Below, in pieces: positions 1 to 8,209 of a stretch of 23,202 nt of DNA. This DNA is from Candidatus Methylomirabilota bacterium. GTDB taxonomy: Bacteria > Methylomirabilota > Methylomirabilia > Rokubacteriales > CSP1-6. A program made the position numbers and the translations under genes. The notes under the pieces are model-generated. The model was not told where the DNA came from. It was given only the letters and a program-made list of their open reading frames with translations, and did not search any database. Within the stretch, counting starts at the first letter, position 1. Each line of letters begins with the position of its first letter. The stretch covers positions 1 through 23,202 of the forward strand of contig JBKPAK010000176.1 in the NCBI GenBank assembly GCA_046726415.1, written 5' to 3'.

Positions 1-152
1 TTTAGGTCGCGCCCTTCACGCTGAACGGCTCACCCACCGAACGACAACATGAGCATGTGACCCGTCCCGTCATGCACTCCACGTTAGGGCGGCGACGCCC
101 GGCCGTCAAGGCTCCCCGAGTCACCGCCGGCGAAGGAAGCGCGCCTCCGCCT

Positions 153-818
153 TCATCGCGGCGGCGCCCCCGCGGGCGACTGCTTTTGCTGCTCCGAGCG
201 CCATCTGATCGTGGCGAGATCGGGACGCCCGAGGCGCGTCCGCTTCAGTTCCGCGAAGTTGCCATAGCGCACCAGCCATGACGTGTGGCGCCAGAGCGCC
301 ACGGCATCCTCGTCGTTGGGCAATATGCTGATGACCGGCCCGAAGATCTCCGGCCCGGCGCCGCCATCGAGCACGAGCGTGGGCACCCCGAAGCCGTGGT
401 TCTTCTCCACCAGGGCTCGATGCTCCGCCAGGACGGCGTCCCAGGTCGAGGGATCCCCCAGGGCGCTGTCAGCAAGAGCCGGGCGAAGGCCCGCCGCCTG
501 AAGCGACTCGCGGACAGCGGCCACCATGTCGTCCGGAGGCGGCGGCTGTTCCCAGATGCGTTTGCCGAGCGCCGCGTAGAAGGGGCCAATCGCCTTGGAC
601 CCCTGGCTCTCCCGGATGGCGATCGCGGTGCGCAACGCGGGTCCGGACCGCGGCTCGAGGTCGCGGACATCCTTCCCCGCCGGGAGGTTGATGACTTCCA
701 GCGAGAAGATGCCCCAGTCGAGCTCGATCTCTCCCAGCTCCTCGACACGTCGGGCCCACCGCGACGTCTGGTAGCACCACGGACAGGCGGGATCGAAGTA
801 GAATTTCACCTGGTCCAA
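153..818 (-). CDS. DsbA-like thioredoxin-fold oxidoreductase (Rv2466c / HCCA-isomerase-like)
   Basis: N-terminal FYFDPACPWC (CXXC) and GFGVPT cis-Pro loop. Start re-called to TTG at 818, which follows a GAAGGAGG RBS; the ORF track starts in frame at 881. Confidence 0.85.
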   Translation of the reverse strand: MDQVKFYFDPACPWCYQTSRWARRVEELGEIELDWGIFSLEVINLPAGKDVRDLEPRSGPALRTAIAIRESQGSKAIGPFYAALGKRIWEQPPPPDDMVAAVRESLQAAGLRPALADSALGDPSTWDAVLAEHRALVEKNHGFGVPTLVLDGGAGPEIFGPVISILPNDEDAVALWRHTSWLVRYGNFAELKRTRLGRPDLATIRWRSEQQKQSPAGAPPR

Positions 819-1015
819 GAACGTCCCTCCTTCTCGGCCCGCCGCGAGTCCTTCAAGGCCTGTCGCGGGCCAGTTGCCCATGGTAGTCCCGAGTCCGGGT
901 GCAGCTCAATGGCAGACCCTCACTGACGCTGACAGCGGCGGGCGAGTCTTACACGGCGACTGGCAGAGAGCAACGGGAGCAGGCCGGCGGACCGGCCCGC
1001 TCCCTGGGAAGTCGA

Positions 1016-1456
1016 CTACTTCGGGCCCCTCTTGGTAAAGGACACCGAGAGGGGCCCGACATCATCGTGGCCGAAGCCCGATAGGACGATCGCCCCATCA
1101 GGTGCCTCTTGAACGTCCAGAGTGCCGGTCGCGAAGGCACGGTCCTGACTCGGTCCCGTGCGGGCCGTTCGCTTGGCGACGATCTGGCCGTCGACCACGC
1201 TCAACGTTCCCGAATTGGTGATGTCGCTGCCGATGATGATCATCCTGTAGGTGTTGTCGGGATTGATCGTCAAGTTCGCGGGTGTCGCGTTACCGCCCGC
1301 GTCGGTATAATACCCGGTGTATTTCCCCACAAGCTTCGGAAGGATCGACGCGTCCACCGGCTTCGAATGCATCTTGGACGCGCACCCGACGACCACGATC
1401 CCGAGCAACCCCAGCGCAACACTGCCGACCATCGCGCGAAACGCTAGCCCCTTCAT
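1016..1456 (-). CDS. Putative lipoprotein of unknown function (146 aa)
   Basis: Basic N-terminus, hydrophobic stretch and lipobox-like VVGC; GGAGGGA RBS upstream; the mature region appears beta-strand-rich. Confidence 0.75.
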   Translation of the reverse strand: MKGLAFRAMVGSVALGLLGIVVVGCASKMHSKPVDASILPKLVGKYTGYYTDAGGNATPANLTINPDNTYRMIIIGSDITNSGTLSVVDGQIVAKRTARTGPSQDRAFATGTLDVQEAPDGAIVLSGFGHDDVGPLSVSFTKRGPK

Positions 1457-1540
1457 GAGATCCCTCCTGGACTACGAAGTGACTTCCTGCGGCCCCCGAG
1501 CAACCACCCTCAACCGTTGCGAACCCGCTACTTGGAGGGG

Positions 1541-1569
1541 ATTATAGGGAGTAGCCCCCTGTTTCGGAA
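1541..1569 (-). promoter_or_regulatory. Candidate sigma70 promoter for the lipoprotein gene
   Basis: Perfect TATAAT on the minus strand (1541-1546) within an AT-richer patch; weak -35 TTCCGA 17 bp upstream. Confidence 0.5.
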
Positions 1570-1651
1570 GAAGAAATTGACACGGAGACGCACCGCGACT
1601 CGGGAGACTGCCGACCCGCCACCCCCAGGATTGCCCGGGAAATCAGGCGTC

Positions 1652-2299
1652 TCAGACAGGTCCGTCGCGCCCGGGGCTGACGGCGAGGCCGTCGAGATGG
1701 ACGATACAGTTCAGCAGTCGCACCCGCCACGGTGTCGGGCCTTCCACGATCGTCAGCGAGGTGTTCTCCCAGCGGAGCGGTACCCCCTCCCCCCAGGGCA
1801 GGAGGAGGTGCCGCGCGGCCAGCGAGCGACATACCAGTCCGTGGGTCACCACGGCGAGTGGTCCAGGTTTCGCCGCAGCGGCCATCTGCAGCACTGTCCA
1901 CGCCTGGTCGACGCGCCTGTGGAACGCCTTCCAGGTTTCGCCGTTGGGCGGAGCATAGTTGAGCGCGAACAAATCGAAGTCGAGGTCGGCGTAGGGCGTC
2001 CCGCGGATGTCGCCGAAGCTCCGCTCCTGCAGGAGCGGCTCGTACTGGAGGGCCGCGCCGGTGGCGCGGCGCAGGTATTCGGCGGTGGTCGCCGCCCGGG
2101 CGAGGTCACTCGAAAGGATGCCGGCAATGCCCTCTCGGGCCAGGCGCGCCGCGAGTCGCTCGGCCTGAACTAGACCGCGGGGCGAGAGCGGCGAGTCCGG
2201 CATCTGAACGATGCGGTCGGCGTTGCCGACGGTCTCGCCGTGACGGATGAGGAAGATCGTGCGCGGGCGGGTTGGCGGCACAGCGGTCTCATCGCTCAC
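1652..2299 (-). CDS. Histidine phosphatase / phosphoglycerate mutase family protein
   Basis: LIRHGET catalytic motif, SSDLARA, LQERSFG, GETW and VVTHG. Start re-called to GTG 2299 (track gives 2341). Confidence 0.9.
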   Translation of the reverse strand: MSDETAVPPTRPRTIFLIRHGETVGNADRIVQMPDSPLSPRGLVQAERLAARLAREGIAGILSSDLARAATTAEYLRRATGAALQYEPLLQERSFGDIRGTPYADLDFDLFALNYAPPNGETWKAFHRRVDQAWTVLQMAAAAKPGPLAVVTHGLVCRSLAARHLLLPWGEGVPLRWENTSLTIVEGPTPWRVRLLNCIVHLDGLAVSPGRDGPV

Positions 2300-2399
2300 G
2301 GAAGTGCAGTATCGCACGCGAGATCCTCGGGCGCCGGCCAATGCGCTATGCTAACCGCCGTCGGGCGGCCTGCTCAGGCGCCCGTGCCAGGAGGCCGTC

Positions 2400-2720
2400 A
2401 TGTTCTTCGAGCTCCGGCAGTACCACATCCGCCCGGGACAGCGCGAGAGTTGGGTGAGGTGCATGGAGGAGGAAATCATTCCATTCCAGGTCAAGATGGG
2501 CATGGTCATTCTCGGCAGCTTCGTTGGCGAGGAGGATGAAAGCGTCTACGTCTGGATTCGGCGCTTCGACAGCGAGCCGGAGCGCAAACGCCTTTACGAC
2601 GCGGTCTACCAGAGCGACTACTGGAAGAACGAGATTGCCCCCAGGGTGCCCACGATGATCGACCGCGAGCAGATCAAGGTCACCCGCCTGGTGGCCACGC
2701 CCCACTCAGTCATTCAATAA
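2400..2720 (+). CDS. NIPSNAP family protein
   Basis: MFFELRQYHIRPG start, YVWIRRF and C-terminal LVATPHS are typical of NIPSNAP; AGGAGG RBS. Confidence 0.88.
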   Translation: MFFELRQYHIRPGQRESWVRCMEEEIIPFQVKMGMVILGSFVGEEDESVYVWIRRFDSEPERKRLYDAVYQSDYWKNEIAPRVPTMIDREQIKVTRLVATPHSVIQ

Positions 2721-2796
2721 TCGAACCGCCCCGCCTCGTCGAGGCGCCGGGGCAGGGGCGCCGCGTGTCGTCACCGCTGCCGACCGCCGCGCCAGG

Positions 2797-2873
2797 TCGA
2801 GGAGCGCCACGGCTACGCCGGGGCGCGACGAGCGCCGGGGGGCTTGGGGGGCCCTCTCGAGGCCCCCCATCTA
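2797..2873. repeat. Intergenic double-hairpin repeat (REP/MITE-like), copy 1
   Basis: GCGCCACGGC-TAC-GCCGGGGCGC (2804-2826) and TGGGGGGCC-N7-GGCCCCCCA (2845-2869) between convergent genes; related sequences at 10251 and 16001. Confidence 0.7.
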
Positions 2874-2874
2874 A

Positions 2875-3624
2875 TCAGTGCACGCTGGAGCCGCCGTCCA
2901 CCAGGATCGTCTGTCCGGTGATGAAATCGCTGTCGTCGGAGGCGAGGAAGACCAACACCCCGACGACGTCGTCGGGTGTCTCCGCTCGCTTCAGCATCCG
3001 CATCTGGATGTTCGCCTGCTTCCCCTCCTCGGGCATGTTCTGCTCGTTCTCGCCGCTCAGAGTGAACCCGGGGGCGATGGCGTTCACCCGAATCCCCACG
3101 TCGCCGAGCTCGCGGGCGAGTGAACGCGTGAATCCCACCACCCCACCCTTAGATGTCGTGTAGTGGATGTAGTTCGGGATGCCCTTGAAGAAGGTCCCCG
3201 AGGCGATGTTGATGATCTTCCCCTTGCCCTGCGCCTTCATGGCCGGAAACACCGCGCGCGCGCACAGGAAGAGCCCGCGCAGATTGACCGCCATCACCTG
3301 GTCCCACTCCTCGACGGGGATGTCCATGAACGAACGGCGCTTGAGGGTGGCGTAGAGGGCCGCGTTGTTCACCAGGACGTCGACGCGGCCAAATCGCGCG
3401 AGGGTCTCGGTGGCGAGGCGCTGCGTGTCCTTCTCCCGCGACACGTCGCACTCGACGCCCAACACCTGGGCGCCACGGGCCTCGATCTCCTTGACCGTCG
3501 ACTTCGAGTCGGCGATGTCCGCCACCACGACGCGAGCCCCTTCCGCCGCCACCCCCAGGCAGTACGCTCGGCCGATGCCTTTGGCACCTCCCGTCACGAT
3601 CATCACCTTGTCCTTCAGGCGCAT
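2875..3624 (-). CDS. Short-chain dehydrogenase/reductase (FabG-like, 249 aa)
   Basis: TGGAKGIG, NNAA, YTTSK (YxxxK), RVNAIAPG and DGG motifs; ATG 3624 preceded by GGGAGGA RBS. Confidence 0.93.
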   Translation of the reverse strand: MRLKDKVMIVTGGAKGIGRAYCLGVAAEGARVVVADIADSKSTVKEIEARGAQVLGVECDVSREKDTQRLATETLARFGRVDVLVNNAALYATLKRRSFMDIPVEEWDQVMAVNLRGLFLCARAVFPAMKAQGKGKIINIASGTFFKGIPNYIHYTTSKGGVVGFTRSLARELGDVGIRVNAIAPGFTLSGENEQNMPEEGKQANIQMRMLKRAETPDDVVGVLVFLASDDSDFITGQTILVDGGSSVH

Positions 3625-3674
3625 GGCTTCCTCCCTCGGCGCGGCGTCTGGCCCGCCGAGCGCCGACGGCAGCT

Positions 3675-4703
3675 TCACGGCACGCGGCCGGTCAGATCCA
3701 ACACCTTGCCCGCTCGCAACACCGTGATCGTGTAGGTTTTCCCTGACGCGAGGCTCCCGAGTCGCTCGCGGATCTTCACGAGGTCGCTCACCTCGCCGAT
3801 GGCAATCCCATCGATTCTCAAAATGATGTCGCCCCCGACGGTGTACGCCTGACCGCCGATGGTCGCCTTCATGTCTCCGCCCCGGACATCCGCCCGCCCC
3901 GCCGGCGAGTGTTTGGCCACGACGGTGACGAGGAAGCCGACCGTTTGTGGAACGTTGAAGAGTGCCGCCAGCCGGCCGGAAACCAGCTCGCCCTCCATTC
4001 CGCTCCAGAACGAGTGCTTCTCGAGGAGGAACTGCTTGGCGGTGTTGATCGTCACCACGAACCCGAGCCCCTCGCTGCCCCCGCTCTTCGAGATGTTGTG
4101 ACTGACGATGCCGATGACCTCGCCCGCCATATTGAACATCGGTCCGCCGGAGTTCCCGGTATTGATGACGGCGTCGGTCTGGAAGAACTCCGCCATCGGC
4201 ATGCGGCGATACACCGAATTGGGGGCCCAGCGCGCGCTGATGAGGCCCGTGGTGAGCGAATGGCTCAAACCGTAGGGAGCGCCGATCACGATGACCGGAT
4301 CGCCGACGCGCACGGTGTTGGAATCGGCCAGGGTGGCGACCAGGACCCCCTTGGGAACGCGTTCGAGCTGAAGGAGCGAGAGGTCCGCGGCCGGCTCTGA
4401 CGCGATGACCCTCGCCTTCACGACCTCGCCGCCGATGAACTCGACGCGGATCTCGTCCATCGCCTGCACGACGTGCGAGGCGGTCATGATCTTGCCGTCG
4501 GCCGAGATGAGCACCCCTGAGCCCGTCTCGCTGAAGTTGACGAGACCGCTGCCCACGTCGGGAGCGTCTTGGCCCCGGGCTCGGATGACCACGACCGAGG
4601 GATTCACCCGGTCGAAGACCTGGCCCAAGGTCTGCGCCCTGGCCGGCGCCGGAAGCAAGAGCAGCGCGCAGGTCGTCACCATCGCCAGCACGAGGGTGCG
4701 CAC
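3675..4703 (-). CDS. HtrA/DegP-type trypsin-like serine protease with a single PDZ domain
   Basis: Signal peptide, GSGVLI, TASHVV (His), ADLSLL (Asp), QTDAVINTGNSGGP (Ser), and a C-terminal GDIILRIDG PDZ motif; AAAGGAG RBS. Confidence 0.93.
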   Translation of the reverse strand: MRTLVLAMVTTCALLLLPAPARAQTLGQVFDRVNPSVVVIRARGQDAPDVGSGLVNFSETGSGVLISADGKIMTASHVVQAMDEIRVEFIGGEVVKARVIASEPAADLSLLQLERVPKGVLVATLADSNTVRVGDPVIVIGAPYGLSHSLTTGLISARWAPNSVYRRMPMAEFFQTDAVINTGNSGGPMFNMAGEVIGIVSHNISKSGGSEGLGFVVTINTAKQFLLEKHSFWSGMEGELVSGRLAALFNVPQTVGFLVTVVAKHSPAGRADVRGGDMKATIGGQAYTVGGDIILRIDGIAIGEVSDLVKIRERLGSLASGKTYTITVLRAGKVLDLTGRVP

Positions 4704-4742
4704 GTGAATCTCCTTTCCGAAGCCCGTCTCGGACGCCGAAGC

Positions 4743-4946
4743 CTACACCTCCTTGGCGCGCGCCAGTGCGGTGGCCGGATCCACCCCGGCGCGGGCGACA
4801 ACCCAGCAGGCGAGCGGCGCGGCCCACCGCTCTGAAGCATGAGCCGCGTGCCCGGCCAGCGCGAGCAAGGTCTCGACGGTGGCGTCGTCGGGCGGCGCGA
4901 CCTCGAGCGCGGCGGCGAAGGCATCGAGCCACTCGCGACCGGTCAC
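4743..4946 (-). CDS. Small helical protein, DUF6457-like (67 aa)
   Basis: EWLDAFAAAL...LLALAGHAAHASERWAAPLACWVV pattern recalled from DUF6457; start placed at GTG 4946 inside the 4743..5081 ORF. Confidence 0.7.
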   Translation of the reverse strand: MTGREWLDAFAAALEVAPPDDATVETLLALAGHAAHASERWAAPLACWVVARAGVDPATALARAKEV

Positions 4947-5046
4947 GAAGACACTCTCTCGCCGGCACCGACGGGCTCGACGCGGGCGCGGACGTGCTTG
5001 CCCCAGGGTGTGCCGGCTCGCCCGCCGGTCAGCTCGTTGGACGCCG

Positions 5047-6207
5047 TCACAGGCCAGCCGCGCGCGGGTAGAGCCGGGCACAGTTGTCCCAGAGAATCTT
5101 GGCCTTGGTCTTGTCGCTCACGCCCTCGAGGCGTACGAATTCGTCGATGGCCTCGGGGAACAACCCGTCGGAATGCGGGTAGTCCGTGGACACGACGATG
5201 CTATCATCCCCGACCGCCTCCACCACCTGCTTGAGCACCTTCTCGTCGGCGTCGGTGGCGATGTAGCACTGGCGATGGAAGTACTCGCTCGGCAGACCCT
5301 TGATCTGCACGTCGGAGCCGGGGCCGAACTTCTCCCACGCCTCGTCCAGGCGCCAGAGCCACCACGGCAGCCATCCGCAGGTGCCCTCCAGAAACGCGCA
5401 GCGCAGTCGCGGATGGCGCTCCAGCACCCCGCCGGCGGCCATGCTCGCGAAGGCGAACATCAGCTCGACGGGATTGCGGCCGGCCACTCCGATGACCCGA
5501 CCGTTCGGGTGATCGAGATAGCGCCGGGCGATGTCGTCGCGCAAGGAGGATTGCCCCGTCGGGTGGAAGCCCACGGGCACCCCCAGCTCCTCGACGGCGT
5601 CCCAGAGGGGCTCGAACTCGGGATCATGGATGTGGCGCCCATTGATCGGATTGGGGTTGCCGATGACGGCCACCGCCCCCAGCTCGCGCACGGCGCGGCG
5701 CGCCTCGCGGGCCGCGCCGGCCGGGTCGTGGAAGGCGACCTGCGCCGCGAACTTGAGCCGCTGCGGACTGTACTGGCAGTAGTCGTGCGTCCAGTTGTTG
5801 TGCGCGCGAGCGAGTGCTTCGGCCACGCGCGGATCGAGATCATCATGCATGAGCACCTGTCGGCCGCGCGTGCCGTAAAGGATGGCCACGTCGATCCCCT
5901 CAATGTCCATCGCCTGCACGTGGCTCTCGGCATCGTAGCCGCGCGCGTGAGCAACCGCGCAGTGCGGGTGCCGCTGACTGGCGCGCCTGAACAGGTCGGC
6001 GCCCGCGGCGGCCGTCCGCGCGCGCTTGGACATCTCGCCGAGGGCCAGCTCGCCGATCTGGATGACCGGCTGATTGGGCGACAGCTCGGGCCGCCGCTCG
6101 AACTTCGGCGCGAAGCGCTTGAACGGCTCGTCCAGATAGCGTTCCCAGAGCCCATCCGGCTCCATGGTGTGCAGATCGCTGTCCATGACCTTGAACCCGT
6201 TCTTCAT
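5047..6207 (-). CDS. Amidohydrolase_2 family metallo-hydrolase/decarboxylase
   Basis: N-terminal DSDLHTMEP, PVGFHP, GGVLERHPRLRCAFLEG and STDYPHSD motifs; GGGGGGAAGG RBS. Confidence 0.92.
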   Translation of the reverse strand: MKNGFKVMDSDLHTMEPDGLWERYLDEPFKRFAPKFERRPELSPNQPVIQIGELALGEMSKRARTAAAGADLFRRASQRHPHCAVAHARGYDAESHVQAMDIEGIDVAILYGTRGRQVLMHDDLDPRVAEALARAHNNWTHDYCQYSPQRLKFAAQVAFHDPAGAAREARRAVRELGAVAVIGNPNPINGRHIHDPEFEPLWDAVEELGVPVGFHPTGQSSLRDDIARRYLDHPNGRVIGVAGRNPVELMFAFASMAAGGVLERHPRLRCAFLEGTCGWLPWWLWRLDEAWEKFGPGSDVQIKGLPSEYFHRQCYIATDADEKVLKQVVEAVGDDSIVVSTDYPHSDGLFPEAIDEFVRLEGVSDKTKAKILWDNCARLYPRAAGL

Positions 6208-6231
6208 GACCTTCCCCCCCTTGGCCCGTCC

Positions 6232-7209
6232 TCAGGCCGCGACGGTGAGCGAGATCCCGAGTGATTCGAGGCTGGGCGCGACGCGGGGGGTGAGAAGGCC
6301 GATCCGCTGGAGATTTCGGACGAGCGAGGTGTGAAGGTCGCGCCGGAACAATTTGCGAAACGTCGTCTCGTCGCCGCCGGCCGCTCGCTCGCGTCGGAGC
6401 CGCTTGATCTCATCGATCTCGGCGCGGGTGAATCCCAGATCCTCGTACGCGGGGAGCGGGAAGATCCCAGTCAGGGTCCGAACCAGCGCCCACACCGCGA
6501 AGTCCTCCATCTCGCGCCGCTCGGCCTCGGTCGCCTCGGTCACCACCGCGGGCAGCGACAGCATGCCGAACCCCATGTGACGCGCCTCGTCCTGAAGGAT
6601 CCGCCGGCACACCTCGCGGAGGATGTCGTCTTTCGACGTCTCGGCGAGCATCCTGAACAGCGACACCGCGAACGTCTCCGCGACGAGCTGGAGGCCGATC
6701 GTCTTCAGGTACCACGCGGAGGTGCCTAGCAGCGTGTCAAAGATCTCCTTGACGTTGCCGGCGAGCGGGTACGGCCGCCCCTCGAGGCGCAGACCGAGGT
6801 ATCGATGCAGCACCTCGTTGTGCCGGGCCTCGTCGACCACCTGCGTCGCCTGAAAGAGCTTGGCATCCTGCCCGTGCACGTTCTCGACCATCTGGCTGCA
6901 CACAAGCATGGCGCCATGCTCGCCGTGGACCAGCGTCGACAGGCGCCACCGGGACACGCTCCGATTCAGCTCGATCTTCTGGTCGCCGGAAAGGCGCTCC
7001 CAGAACCTCGTGCCGTGAATGTCGACGAGGTCGTCGGCGATCAGGCCGCCGTCGCCGCCGAGGGGACGTGCCCAGTCGATGTCCGTCGCCGCGTTCCACT
7101 GATCGCGCTTGGCCTGTTCGTAGAGACGCGCCATCTCCGGGTGCTCTCCGTCGTAGCGGTGGCGGAAGTACGCCGTGTTGCTCGTGTCGATGAGGTGACC
7201 CAGCTCCAT
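6232..7209 (-). CDS. Ferritin-like diiron carboxylate protein (AurF-like oxygenase candidate)
   Basis: Duplicated E...DEARH motifs (HGEHG / DEARH / AETFA / DEARH); ATG 7209 has a GGAGGT RBS, with an alternative GTG at 7260. Confidence 0.85.
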   Translation of the reverse strand: MELGHLIDTSNTAYFRHRYDGEHPEMARLYEQAKRDQWNAATDIDWARPLGGDGGLIADDLVDIHGTRFWERLSGDQKIELNRSVSRWRLSTLVHGEHGAMLVCSQMVENVHGQDAKLFQATQVVDEARHNEVLHRYLGLRLEGRPYPLAGNVKEIFDTLLGTSAWYLKTIGLQLVAETFAVSLFRMLAETSKDDILREVCRRILQDEARHMGFGMLSLPAVVTEATEAERREMEDFAVWALVRTLTGIFPLPAYEDLGFTRAEIDEIKRLRRERAAGGDETTFRKLFRRDLHTSLVRNLQRIGLLTPRVAPSLESLGISLTVAA

Positions 7210-7266
7210 GCGACATACCTCCGTGGCAGAATGGACGGTCTGGCCGGCCGAGGCGTTCACGGGCGC

Positions 7267-7296
7267 ACGCTAGCAGGCGGCCAATCGCCCTGTCAA
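7267..7296 (-). promoter_or_regulatory. sigma70 promoter for the diiron protein-amidohydrolase pair
   Basis: TTGACA (7291-7296), 18-bp spacer, TAGCGT (7267-7272) with a TGn extension. Confidence 0.65.
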
Positions 7297-7411
7297 CGCG
7301 GCAGCCACATCAGTTGTCGTCGACACGACGGGCCAGACCACGCGTCGACGAGACTCCATCCCATCACTTCCGAACAACACCACTCGCCATCTCGCGTGTC
7401 GTCGACCGACC

Positions 7412-8209
7412 TCACCGCGGCGGGCGCAGGAAGTCTCGCACCATCCGAGCGACGGTCTCGGGTTGCTCGAGATGGGGAGCGTGTCCAGCGTGATCCACGC
7501 TCTGTAGCCGGGCGCCGGGAATGCGCCGCGCGAACTCATCGGCGTAGACGGGCGGTACCAGGCGGTCGTCTTTGCCCCACACGAGCAAGGTGGGCGCCTT
7601 GATGCGGTGGACGCGCTTCTTCAACCCCTTGTCCGGAAGCGGCCAGATGAACTTCCCGGTGGCGCCCATGGCCCACATGAGCCGGATGCGGGCCGCCGCG
7701 ACAGCGCTCGGTTCTTCCGACACCCCGAACATCCGCCGCGCGGCATCACCGTCGGGATCGCCGAAGATGTGGCGGCGAAGCTCGCCGGGCTCGAGCAGCA
7801 TCCAGTTGACGATCGGATCGGCGTCGCGCCAGAACCCGAGCGGGTCGATCAGTACCAGGCGGCGAGCGCGGGCGGGGTTCGCCGCGGCCACTTCGCAAGC
7901 CACCATCGCCCCGAAGGAGTGGCCGACGAAAGCCGCGTCGTCCAGTCCCAGCGCGTCCAGCAGCTCGTCGTAACAGAGGACGAGATCCCACAGACCGTCG
8001 AGGTGGTAGATGTCGTCCGGCGCGTCCGGAGTCGTCCCCGGATGCTCCGGAGCATGGACGGTAAACGTCCTCGCCAGCTCGTCGAGAAACAGATCCCAGG
8101 TCAGACCCCACGGGCCATGGAAGAACACGACGGAGGGCCCACTGCCCTTCGACAGTACCCTGATGCGGACCCCGCCCTGCCAGACCGAATACGTGTGTGC
8201 CTGGGTCAT
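7412..8209 (-). CDS. Alpha/beta fold hydrolase
   Basis: FFHG oxyanion motif, GHSFG nucleophile elbow, WGKDDRLVP (Asp) and AGHAPHLEQP (His); ATGA overlap with the upstream LLM gene. Confidence 0.92.
   Translation of the reverse strand: MTQAHTYSVWQGGVRIRVLSKGSGPSVVFFHGPWGLTWDLFLDELARTFTVHAPEHPGTTPDAPDDIYHLDGLWDLVLCYDELLDALGLDDAAFVGHSFGAMVACEVAAANPARARRLVLIDPLGFWRDADPIVNWMLLEPGELRRHIFGDPDGDAARRMFGVSEEPSAVAAARIRLMWAMGATGKFIWPLPDKGLKKRVHRIKAPTLLVWGKDDRLVPPVYADEFARRIPGARLQSVDHAGHAPHLEQPETVARMVRDFLRPPR

Noticed and set aside
1-152. GTTAGGG / TTTAGGT motifs resembling integron attC core sites
   Set aside because: No convincing RYYYAAC inverse core with a paired stem, no integrase and no cassette array.
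2875-4968. 697-aa ORF suggesting a large SDR fusion
   Set aside because: The N-terminal ~448 aa is Arg/Gly-rich out-of-frame read-through overlapping the HtrA gene; the SDR has its own RBS and ATG at 3624.
7311-7410. TGTCGTCGAC repeated at 7315 and 7397 in an intergenic region
   Set aside because: Only two short copies and GTCGAC is very frequent in this window; no CRISPR-like periodicity.
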